Assembly: GCA_964525525.1 (NCBI GenBank)
Contig: CAZGHD010000002.1
Location: forward strand, 1-52,486
DNA length: 52,486 nucleotides
Origin: an uncultured Lachnospiraceae bacterium
GTDB lineage: Bacteria; Bacillota; Clostridia; Oscillospirales; CAG-272
Direction of reading: 5' to 3'
Within the stretch, counting starts at the first letter, position 1. Every line of letters starts with the position of its first letter. Below the pieces are notes generated by a model. That model saw only the letters and a list, made by a program, of their open reading frames with translations. It made no database searches and was not told where the DNA came from. The position numbers were made by a program, and so were the translations under genes. Shown piece after piece: positions 18,801 through 26,950 of this stretch.

Positions 18801-21083
18801 TCCCTCTCCTTTGACAAACTCGAACTCCGGCTGGTTAGCACCCTGTGTTGCGGAGATATAAGAAACGAACTGACCTTTAATATTATTCGCTTCCATACCG
18901 TTGAGCGTAAGGGTGAGTTTAACCTTGGGCTTATTGTTGGGGTCAAAGCTGTCAAATTTTGTTTTATCAGCAGAAAGTATAATGCTGTAAAAGTCTGATA
19001 CTATCGGGTCGTCAACAGAAGTAATATCCTCTGTAGTACCAAACTGGATATTAAGCTGACCTTTTATAGAGCCCGCAGAAAGCACGCTACTATTATCAAT
19101 AACAGAACCGTCTATATACACGATAGCGGTTATTCTGGTAGCTTCATTCTGTGTGAGCTGGGTGATGAAATATGCGTTTTCTACGATGTCGTTACCTTCT
19201 TCATCCGTTCCGGTAACGATAGATTTAGCACGCAACTGAAGCGGAACGAGAACGCGTCCCATATCCTCAAACGCCATTGAGGTATCCATGTCTGCCTGTG
19301 CAAGCAGGGTTCCTTCTTCATCAACGAATGCGACACGCATAGCAGAAAGAACCTGTAGTGCCTGTGCCTGATCTTCAGGAGTTTCGGGATAGAAAATATA
19401 ACAGCTGCCAGAACCCTGCGAAGTACTTTCACCAAGCACGGGGAGACCGGGGTTATCTTCTTCCCAAATACGGTTGACACCTGAATATCCGGTGACTACG
19501 GTTTCGGTCAAGGTGTTTCCATTGTCGTCTTTTACCGGATTGCCGCTTGCGTCTGTTACCGTTCTTATCTCCGTATCGACTTTTCCGGCAAGACCAAGTA
19601 AAGAGTTAGCCGCGTTGGTACGAAGCCAGAAGTCAATAACCATTCCATAGGTATCTGCAGCAACCGCATCGGTAGCGGCAAGGCCGCCTTGTTCAGCTTT
19701 GGCTTTAGCATTATTGCTAGATTCAATTATAGGGTAATTGGTATATTTGGTATTAGTAGGATCTGCTACTACGGTTTTTACACTGGTTCTAATCTCAGTA
19801 AGCTCTACTTCTTGTCCCATAGCTTTTACCTTAACGCCGGAAACAGAAATTTCCCCACCATAAAACCAGTCCATATTCCAAACGAGGCCGCTATTAAGTT
19901 CACATATTTTATTTTGAGCAAATACCAATGACATAAGATCACTTGCACCCAAAGCGCTTGCTTTTGTACCATTAATAGTTGCAGAATTTATATCCGCCAT
20001 TACGTTTATGTATCCACGCATAAGCTCCCAACCAATGGATGTGTTTTTGGTCCACGGATCGTAAACATTGGTATAATAACGGCTATATAAACCATCGGCA
20101 TAAGCTTTAGCTTCAGTACCGTTAAAGGTGACGTGATCCGCCATATATGCGTCAAGTCCTTCAAGGGTGACGCTCTCTGACGCTAAAGTTGATTTTATAG
20201 TTCCGTTATGGAGGTCTTCCATAGTAAATGCCGTGTACGTTTTATTATTTTGATTACAGTATAGAAAATGATATACGTTTGCATTAGCAACGAGAGATTC
20301 TCCGGTTTTATAGAGACAATCTTTGTATGCCGTCATCATTTCGTACACTATTTTAACGTATGATGAGCAATCCTGATCGGTATCATCAATACGATACTGA
20401 AGATATACGCCAGCGAGACCGGTGATACTGTTCATATACTCTTTATTGCCCCAAAGAGTTTTAAACGCGTTGTCTGCCGCAGAATACTTCTCTTTTACCG
20501 CAGTATTAAGGCTAAGCAAAGCAGCATCGCCTGTTACAGAACTATAAGTAACAGAAGAAATTGCGCGTACGCCATATTCAGTGCCATCTTCGGGCACGAA
20601 AAAGGCTTCTGCTCCATCTTTGGTACCATAGTTAGTATATGCAAAGTCTGAAATAATTCCGGAAATACGACCGTCTGCGTTATATTTAACGGAATACAGA
20701 GGCTCTTTGAGAAGTGAGCCGGAGTTAAGAGTTGCCGGACGCAGGACTATTTTATCAAGACCATAGCTTGCATGAGACAAGTTAACAAGGTTACCCCACT
20801 TGAGGTTAGTTTGTGTTATATCTCCGCTACCGTCGGTAGTCGATGTGGGATCCGGTTCAAGACCATCCTTATCAGACAACGCGATCTCGAGGTTACCGTT
20901 GGTTGCTATGGTGGTAGCAAGGCCGTTGACCTCCGGTGCGCGCGACAAAGTAATCCACGCGAAGGATGCGGACACCATCATGGATATTGATATTACAAAC
21001 AGCAGCGCTACTGCCATCACGCGTTCTTTCATGTGCGGCAGAGCTTTTTTATACGCTTGTATCCTTCTTTGTGTTTCAGTCAT
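15831..21083 (-). CDS. Giant (1750 aa) secreted TasA-superfamily-like fibre/adhesin protein with a SipW-type signal peptide and long Ig-like C-terminal extension
   Basis: N-terminus ...VSASFAWITLSRAPEVNGLATTIATNGNLEIAL. Its first ~690 aa are collinear with the 779-aa paralog: NLKWGNLVNLSHASYGLDKIVLRPATLN, YGMVIDFWLRTNA, AIVYIDGSVIDNSSVLSAGSIKGQLNIQFGT. No LPXTG or TM anchor at the C-terminus. Confidence 0.75.
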   Translation of the reverse strand: MTETQRRIQAYKKALPHMKERVMAVALLFVISISMMVSASFAWITLSRAPEVNGLATTIATNGNLEIALSDKDGLEPDPTSTTDGSGDITQTNLKWGNLVNLSHASYGLDKIVLRPATLNSGSLLKEPLYSVKYNADGRISGIISDFAYTNYGTKDGAEAFFVPEDGTEYGVRAISSVTYSSVTGDAALLSLNTAVKEKYSAADNAFKTLWGNKEYMNSITGLAGVYLQYRIDDTDQDCSSYVKIVYEMMTAYKDCLYKTGESLVANANVYHFLYCNQNNKTYTAFTMEDLHNGTIKSTLASESVTLEGLDAYMADHVTFNGTEAKAYADGLYSRYYTNVYDPWTKNTSIGWELMRGYINVMADINSATINGTKASALGASDLMSLVFAQNKICELNSGLVWNMDWFYGGEISVSGVKVKAMGQEVELTEIRTSVKTVVADPTNTKYTNYPIIESSNNAKAKAEQGGLAATDAVAADTYGMVIDFWLRTNAANSLLGLAGKVDTEIRTVTDASGNPVKDDNGNTLTETVVTGYSGVNRIWEEDNPGLPVLGESTSQGSGSCYIFYPETPEDQAQALQVLSAMRVAFVDEEGTLLAQADMDTSMAFEDMGRVLVPLQLRAKSIVTGTDEEGNDIVENAYFITQLTQNEATRITAIVYIDGSVIDNSSVLSAGSIKGQLNIQFGTTEDITSVDDPIVSDFYSIILSADKTKFDSFDPNNKPKVKLTLTLNGMEANNIKGQFVSYISATQGANQPEFEFVKGEGSTWTADVTFNGPGNFKLRNIRINGVDYPLEESNVITVEIPGLTVESLTCNGWDGASSKKVMTADSYYQLASTLTLKTSTGMTASKVQGVFAHDGGQNVTVDYVQTNNGWVATTNFTTSGKYTMTYVIIDGSYVPLDADMHKSLELFLGLKTQVFLSLPMTEAYAESLELIENKIAAETAEYKTANPNATEEEIAAAITAINEKYADEKQALYDAEYGKEGKFPMTATSTGYTITYDASEPLFMDVSCTITDDKGNLMTNLSDVVLHYGIGASVVNRLDSNMTWNAYSERYEGEFTLNRPGAYSFQNLEIGTGENKSIIYSATAAPKLTAISPVPMEYVGAKINGVDINPGSVTDIGATYREMAVALKNAESASVLFEIKNEDEGDKVYTFNGSSIGTDEATGITKFVPVILNENGGVGSSGLPHDGKWTIKGMKVANVFYNGTYYDGDTETDGATGWLDLGEFLENDEGNLTTDFFTTVKFSVENQPGTLLDGILSPNYYGAFMVDHKVENMTITITDYFNNAIEGAEVNLTYKWDSSTNGVFTVPSGTTLPNTEFSATKSNDGKTFAMPEVMNFQLHGTYKCTFEIKIGDDTYDLSRFEVQGGNTFTANDIRVTWTLPDVKITAVTDATKDSISNPTFSVNLGDYTYAWNELSGVQNYFEDYYANVYISAKSNTEYSCPNITTKISNFGKANSASFVVMNGEKRQDNSTEYDREYTFIKEGEESTQQIGAAGTGWAIVTYGWAESALHQTVDSIKMVYDNVTYTVNLAHDVIINQQHSPLYLTLDVDTTNVDMPNTISATDSKGNAFTVSTGGTSPAYVISPDGRQFNVSLPNITKSVNRTVDSYSEADYSGNENGTAKGEYINYEYTKQELNGCGYDNVTYYDIYQKYERIGTVSGTRTIYTDTYTAVNWKVGEFSVTSGASVSISSTTTSIANITLNTVIKEQSELSGSTVVQYMYKDVSKEQKYKNGNVVVTDKADIVTEWTLVE

Positions 21084-21129
21084 TTAAGTGCCTCCTGTTT
21101 TCAGTACAGTGCTGTGATTTATGCTAAAA

Positions 21130-23490
21130 TCAATAGTAGATAAACAACGGGATCTCTATACGGCGGAGTTCGACGCCGTTATGATCGCGGAGAAGGGTTA
21201 TTCGGTAACTTCCCGCGGCGGCGCTTTGTGCCGCGTTCGAGATAGTGAGAGTTTCTGAATTTTCATCAGCTGCGACTGTGATCTCTATACCAAACGAATC
21301 GTCAGCCGTCACTCGCTCGGTAACGCCGTCCTTTATAACGAGTCGCTCGACTATTATCTCCATTTTTTCATCCGATCCGGTTATCGGAAGAGAAAGCGAA
21401 CCGGATTTCGCTATTATCATTTTCGCCGCATTGAAATCGGCGGTAAGCGCTTTTCTCGTCGGAGAGGTCGCCACGCTTCCCTCCTCGATTTTGCGGTTTC
21501 CGATATATGCGGATGCAGAAATGATTATTCCCGTATTCTCGGTATCGGGGATTTGCACGGTGATAAGCTCAACCTGTGAAAAATCAAGCGTAAGCCGGAT
21601 TTTTTCTCCGGGCTGCACCGAATGCTTCAAGGTAACGTCACCTGCAAGGGTAACGAACTCATCACTGTTTATACTGTATTTAGTCCCCTTGGGAAACGCA
21701 CCGCCGTTGAATCTGAACTCCATGGTCTCAGAATCAAGAGGCGCGGTAAGATCAAGGGTAAGATATTCCTCTTTTGCAAAGGTCTCAGGACAGGATTCCA
21801 CGTCGAACAAGGAATCCACAGTTTCTTCGTAAATCTCGCTCGAAAAACTATCCGTAGCAAACTCCACACCGCAGTTATACGCTTTTACATCAAGACTAAT
21901 GTCTGTAATATCGGTCATATCAGCACGGGTAAAATCAAAGGTAACCGTCAGCCTCTCTTCAGAAAAGACAGGCACGGAAATTATAGCTTCATCGCCGAGC
22001 GTAACCGGTTCATTACTGTCTACGAAGTAACTTGTTCCTACCGGGAACTTACCGCCACCGTAAAACAGCTCCAGCGTATCAGCACCTTTGGGAGCGGTGA
22101 TATAGATCACCGTTTCCTTGTTGCTTGCTACTTTTTCCGGAATATTATCCGCGTCAAAAATTTCGGTTTCTTTGAGTTCATATCCCGGAGAGAGTTCAAG
22201 AGTGTCAACGTAAGTAATTCCGGCATTTTCTGCTTTTGCCGTGATGTAAATCTTTTCAGGAGCCTTCATATTCGTCCCTGAAAAGTCGATGAAGATTTCT
22301 TCGGGATAACTATCAAAAACAGGAACGTATATATAGTCATCAATCAGATAATAATTATTTTCATCTATACAGTAACTCGCTCCTTCCGGGAACGAGCCGC
22401 CGTTGTACGTGATATACACGTGCTGTGCTCCGTTTGCGGCGCTTACGTTTATTTTAGCAAATTCGGTCCAAATAAACGAAGTATTCTCAGCAGAAAGTAT
22501 GTCTGCCTCTATGCCTTCAAGTTCAGCAGGAGAATCTTCCGCCGTATCGGACACGTCTACCAAAACAGGTTCGGTATTATTAGGAATCAGTTTTATTTTT
22601 ATGTCTGCCCACATTATCGGAGGGGCGTCTGCATTTATAATATTCCCCTCGGAGTCTTCCTTGGGTGTTTCTTTCCAGTTTATTCGAACGGTAACCGTGG
22701 TTTCTTCGGTAATTTCAAGCGCAGATGCGTTCGGAGTTAACGTCAATTTTGCTATGTAACCGATATCGGTAACCGTTATTTCAGCGGTATCAAGTTCAGC
22801 TTTAATAAGCCCTGAGTCTGAAACGCACTCCAATACACCGCTTACTTCGCCTGCGTCAAGAGAGAAGGAAATATCCTTGGTTCTGTAGGACAGAGAATTC
22901 ATAACCCAGTCTTCAAGCACTATGGTATGACCGTTTCTGTCAAGATAGTTACTGGTGAGTCCTACCGCGTCCTCGGTAGATATCTGAACGTCCTTGGGAC
23001 GCAGAACAACAACGAAAGTCGCTTTTAGCTCAGGCAGCTCGTCGTCGTCCGGAATCCATTTTACGTCAACGTACACAGTGATCTCTTCCTGCAAGGACAA
23101 CGCCGGATAGCCGAGCTTAAGCAGCAATTCAGCATCGCAACCCTTTTCATCTACGATAAGCTCGGTTTCATCAAGCAAAGGGATAAGGCAGTCGGAGCTT
23201 GACGAACAGGTCAATTTTCCGTTGATTTTTTTCGGAGCTGTTATAGTTATGATTTCGCTTCTGCTTGATTCTATGCTTGCGTTTATGATCCAATCTTCAA
23301 CTATTACCGTAGTACCTTCTTCTGTCAGGTAATTGCTTTCCTGCTTTTCTGAATACGGAAGGTATACGTTTTTCCAGGACATGGTATTGAACACGCGCGC
23401 CTGCGTTTCATTAACTGCAAAAAACGCGGAGAGAGAGACAGCGGCTACGCAAAAGCACAAAACAGCTATCTTGGCGTATCTGCTTTTCAT
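21130..23490 (-). CDS. Secreted repeat protein (786 aa), fibre-locus accessory
   Basis: Signal peptide MKSRYAKIAVLCFCVAAVSLSAFFAV. Two ~110-aa repeats (TVIVEDWIINAS.../HTIVLEDWVMNSL...), then three ~100-aa repeats containing (Y/F)NGG.FP.G(A/T).Y. Confidence 0.7.
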   Translation of the reverse strand: MKSRYAKIAVLCFCVAAVSLSAFFAVNETQARVFNTMSWKNVYLPYSEKQESNYLTEEGTTVIVEDWIINASIESSRSEIITITAPKKINGKLTCSSSSDCLIPLLDETELIVDEKGCDAELLLKLGYPALSLQEEITVYVDVKWIPDDDELPELKATFVVVLRPKDVQISTEDAVGLTSNYLDRNGHTIVLEDWVMNSLSYRTKDISFSLDAGEVSGVLECVSDSGLIKAELDTAEITVTDIGYIAKLTLTPNASALEITEETTVTVRINWKETPKEDSEGNIINADAPPIMWADIKIKLIPNNTEPVLVDVSDTAEDSPAELEGIEADILSAENTSFIWTEFAKINVSAANGAQHVYITYNGGSFPEGASYCIDENNYYLIDDYIYVPVFDSYPEEIFIDFSGTNMKAPEKIYITAKAENAGITYVDTLELSPGYELKETEIFDADNIPEKVASNKETVIYITAPKGADTLELFYGGGKFPVGTSYFVDSNEPVTLGDEAIISVPVFSEERLTVTFDFTRADMTDITDISLDVKAYNCGVEFATDSFSSEIYEETVDSLFDVESCPETFAKEEYLTLDLTAPLDSETMEFRFNGGAFPKGTKYSINSDEFVTLAGDVTLKHSVQPGEKIRLTLDFSQVELITVQIPDTENTGIIISASAYIGNRKIEEGSVATSPTRKALTADFNAAKMIIAKSGSLSLPITGSDEKMEIIVERLVIKDGVTERVTADDSFGIEITVAADENSETLTISNAAQSAAAGSYRITLLRDHNGVELRRIEIPLFIYY

Positions 23491-23513
23491 AATCTATCTC
23501 CCTCCTTTTGGTT

Positions 23514-24122
23514 TTAATTATCAGCTTGAACGTAAGTACCGGTCACGCGCAGATCAAGCAAGGTTGCTTCCACATTTCCCTCTATAGTGAGAGTAATATT
23601 TTCAAATGAGAATTCCTCGCCTTTGAGCGTGAACGTTAGTTCTTTTCCGTCGTTACCGTAAAATCTGTACACCCATCCGGGACCGGAGGTAGAATACAAA
23701 TAGCTGTCCTCTTTGATTTCTTCAGGTTCTCCTGTATAAGTTGCATCGCCATACGAAAGCTTTACCGTAATATTATCCGAGCTTTCGATACTGGATCCCG
23801 CAATAAGAAATACGGTTACCGCCTGCGTACGATTTGCAAACTGCTCGCGCGAGGTACCGTTAGCAATACTGAACTCGAGCGTTGCCGAGTCTGGTCCTTG
23901 CAAAAAACTGCTGCTGTCAAAATTTTTCCACCCGTCGCCCGTGTCAGCGATATGCTCGCCGTAAACGTAAACTGCGTTTCCCGATTCATAGGTAAAACGA
24001 TACGATTTATCGGTAACGATATTCATAAAATACCGCGCAAAAGCCGGTGTTATTACTAAAACGAGACAGGCAGCCATAAGCAATATGGTAAGCAAAAGTA
24101 TCTTTTTTCTGTTTTTGCCCAT
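23514..24122 (-). CDS. Small (202 aa) TasA/camelysin-size secreted protein with a SipW-type signal junction
   Basis: MGKNRKKILLLTILLMAACLVLVITPAFARYF... gives a basic N-region, a hydrophobic core and a xAFAxYF junction. Size and beta-rich composition resemble single-domain TasA-family proteins. Confidence 0.6.
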   Translation of the reverse strand: MGKNRKKILLLTILLMAACLVLVITPAFARYFMNIVTDKSYRFTYESGNAVYVYGEHIADTGDGWKNFDSSSFLQGPDSATLEFSIANGTSREQFANRTQAVTVFLIAGSSIESSDNITVKLSYGDATYTGEPEEIKEDSYLYSTSGPGWVYRFYGNDGKELTFTLKGEEFSFENITLTIEGNVEATLLDLRVTGTYVQADN

Positions 24123-24168
24123 CGCCCGTCTCCTTTCATTTTTGTTTATAAGTGGTTATACATTGCCG

Positions 24169-26166
24169 TTACTCTGCGGCAGTAACGATAAACACGCCAT
24201 CAGCTTCGGTACAAATATATCCTTCATTCAAGTAATCACCGGATACGTTCGTACTGAATTTACCGCCGGTGATGAACCAATTAACGTTGTCAACCAGCTG
24301 GAACTCACGTACCGCAAAAGCCTTTTCATCCGCACAGCTTATAGTACTGTTACCGGATATAGTAATATTTATATTGTGACCGTAATTCGTTTCGGCGTAT
24401 ATACCGTCGCCGGTGTCGGTCCATCCGCTCTTTCCGAGAGGCTCGACAGGTGTAGATATATCATCACCGGTTCCCGTTCCGCGAACGGTACTGTCAATAA
24501 CGGTAAGGTCGCCGCCCTTCATCGCGATACCTGTAATACCGCTGATAACGCTACCGCCACTGACGGTTACGGTGCCGTTCATCTGCGGGTTATATATTCC
24601 GGCGTAAAGGCCTTCTACTTCACTTGATATTATCTGAACGACCGTGCCGTTATTTGTGGCATTACCGTTACCGAGAACGCCCGCGTAACCACCTTTTAAC
24701 TTACTGTTTTGGATTATAAGCTGGGTGTTTCCTTCTGACCGAGTACCGTCACCGTTTACTCTGACCGCAGATTCGGTTGCGGTAAGCTTACTGTCAACTA
24801 TTCTGACGACCGAATTGTCTCCGTTTTCACTCTGAGTCGCGTTGTCATGGATATAGAAAGCAACCTTTGAATTACTTACAGTTACGTTGTTCAACGTAAC
24901 GTGGCTGCCGATAGAATCAAACGCGGTACCGCCGTCTTTAGCCGCTACGGTTCCGTCAAGAACCGTCAATACTGTTCCCGAGCCGGTGGAGAACACAACG
25001 TCAGACTCTGTGGTGGTTATAGTATGCCCGTTAAGATCAAGCACTGCCGACTTTACAGCCTCAATAACTACCGACTCTTCAATAGTCATATTATTTGACA
25101 GGCTGATAATGTTACCGTTGCTGTTATTTAATGCATCGGTAAGTGCTTGTACGTCTGCATTGGGTTCAAGAGTAATCGTCTCCTGTTTCATCTGCTGACC
25201 GGTAAGAGTTATTCTTGCCTGATAGCTTTTCTTGGTTGACTCACTCTCAAGCGCATATGCGGTATCCCAAGCTGTATGAGCCTCTATCTCTCCGATGGTA
25301 CAAAGATAGAGCCATATATTATTTTCCTCGTCTATAGGATAGCACGCCGGAGTTCCTTTAGTTGTAACAGTGTAGCCGTTTTGATCTATAAGACCGTCGC
25401 CGCTGACTTGGTACGCGCCCTTATATCCGTCAGACGCGGTAAGCTCTGCCAAAAACGTATTAACGTCTTTTTCGCCTATATAAGCAAGTCTTCCGCTTTC
25501 GGAATCAAACTTTGCACTGTCAAGGTCGTACTCTACCGGGCGGAGATATTCTTCAACCGACACGGTATTGCCGTTTTCGTCAGCGGTGTTATTTACGCTT
25601 CCCACGAAATAATAACCAAGCACGTCGTAGACCCATTCCCATTTGATAAGAACGTCGGTCTGAACTTCGTCTGTCAGTACAAGCTCGTTTCTGCCGTAAA
25701 GAACGTACGAATATCCTTTAGTACTGCTGAGGTACACCTTATCAACCTGCTCGCCGTTTACGCTTGCGGTTTTGTCAGCGTAAAAGTATATTCTACGCTG
25801 CATTTCGGTACTGCCCATCGCCTGCTTGGATATATTGACACCAATAGAGCTTACTACGTCGCTCTCGTTGGTAACGCGGATATTCACTATTCCGCTATCA
25901 CCCGGTAAAGCATTAATAGGGGTACTGTCATCAACGATAACGTCTCCGTTAAACCCCCACGCTTCTGCCTGGAAGGTAAGTCCACCGACCGAAATGGTAT
26001 TAGTATACCAAGCGGTAGTGAGAGCAAACACAAGCGTTGCCGTAACTAAAATGATAAACACGATAAGTCCGGCAGCCTGCAGGTATATATTCCGTTTTGC
26101 GGAGCGGAGACGGCTACTTCTGCTCTTCCACTCCTTCTTTTTCTTCGGTATCTGCATTTTCAGCAC
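24169..26166 (-). CDS. Secreted protein: TasA-like N-domain fused to a right-handed parallel beta-helix (PbH1 repeat) domain
   Basis: ATLVFALTTAWYTNTISVGGLTFQAEAWGF junction. PGDSGIVNIRVTNESDVVSSIGVNIS is a TasA-like strand. C-terminal half has repeats such as LDLNGHTITTTESDVVFSTGSGTVLTVLDGTV, VTLNNVTVSNSKVAFYI and LIIQNSKLKGGYAGV. GTG start overlaps the sipW-1 3' end by 53 nt. Confidence 0.7.
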   Translation of the reverse strand: MLKMQIPKKKKEWKSRSSRLRSAKRNIYLQAAGLIVFIILVTATLVFALTTAWYTNTISVGGLTFQAEAWGFNGDVIVDDSTPINALPGDSGIVNIRVTNESDVVSSIGVNISKQAMGSTEMQRRIYFYADKTASVNGEQVDKVYLSSTKGYSYVLYGRNELVLTDEVQTDVLIKWEWVYDVLGYYFVGSVNNTADENGNTVSVEEYLRPVEYDLDSAKFDSESGRLAYIGEKDVNTFLAELTASDGYKGAYQVSGDGLIDQNGYTVTTKGTPACYPIDEENNIWLYLCTIGEIEAHTAWDTAYALESESTKKSYQARITLTGQQMKQETITLEPNADVQALTDALNNSNGNIISLSNNMTIEESVVIEAVKSAVLDLNGHTITTTESDVVFSTGSGTVLTVLDGTVAAKDGGTAFDSIGSHVTLNNVTVSNSKVAFYIHDNATQSENGDNSVVRIVDSKLTATESAVRVNGDGTRSEGNTQLIIQNSKLKGGYAGVLGNGNATNNGTVVQIISSEVEGLYAGIYNPQMNGTVTVSGGSVISGITGIAMKGGDLTVIDSTVRGTGTGDDISTPVEPLGKSGWTDTGDGIYAETNYGHNINITISGNSTISCADEKAFAVREFQLVDNVNWFITGGKFSTNVSGDYLNEGYICTEADGVFIVTAAE

Positions 26167-26926
26167 TTTGTTTTAGCTCCTCTAATAACTCGCTGCGCAA
26201 TCGCTCGCACATCTGTTCGTAAGTTTCTTCAGCCTCCGGCTGTTTTTCTTTTTCTTTGCCGGGCTTTTTATCTATTCCGTCAAGCTCTTTCGTGATAGCT
26301 TCAAGCTCGTCACGAAGATTTCCTATAACGTCCTTCATAACTAATACGCCGATAAGCATACACGGGAATACTATGCAGGCCCAAAAGCCTATCGAACTCG
26401 TAAGGAAATTAACTATGCCTGCAAAAAAGTTTCCTTTACCCGTGGTGAAAACCACTTTTCCGACAAGGTTATCTTCTTCAACGTACAGTGCATCCGCCAC
26501 GACGTTAGCGTCGCCCTTGGTTTCAAGATATACGTGTCCGTTCTCGTTTTCAAACTGCGCTATAACCCTGTGTGTTATAACTTTACCTACCATTCCGGTT
26601 TCCTTGGAACGGAAATTTATAACGTCTCCCACGTCGATATCGTCTATCGGAACCTTCTTTGAAATAAGCAACGTTCCGACCGGAATATCCGGCTCCATAC
26701 TTCCGGTTGCTACGCGGAACATACTGTATCCGCCGACCGAAATATATCCTTTACTGAGTACCTGGCTGATAACCCAGATGCAAAGGATTATGGAAAGCAC
26801 CAAAAGGCAGGTGATTATAACGCCGTTTCTTTTATGCTTTTTCTTTATTTCAACGCTTTCTTCCTCATTTTCGGAAGATTCGCAATTCTCGTTCAATTCA
26901 TTTTCCGAATTAATATTTTTATCCAT
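26114..26926 (-). CDS. sipW: Signal peptidase I, archaeal/ER type (S26B, SipW-like), copy 1, with acidic N-tail and charged C-terminal tail
   Basis: VATGSMEPDIPVGTLL (Ser nucleophile), VITHRVI (His), ETKGDANVVAD. Flanking TM helices. C-terminal 70 aa are E/K-rich. Confidence 0.85.
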   Translation of the reverse strand: MDKNINSENELNENCESSENEEESVEIKKKHKRNGVIITCLLVLSIILCIWVISQVLSKGYISVGGYSMFRVATGSMEPDIPVGTLLISKKVPIDDIDVGDVINFRSKETGMVGKVITHRVIAQFENENGHVYLETKGDANVVADALYVEEDNLVGKVVFTTGKGNFFAGIVNFLTSSIGFWACIVFPCMLIGVLVMKDVIGNLRDELEAITKELDGIDKKPGKEKEKQPEAEETYEQMCERLRSELLEELKQSAENADTEEKEGVEEQK

Positions 26927-26950
26927 TTTAAACTTTCTGAAATTACAATA

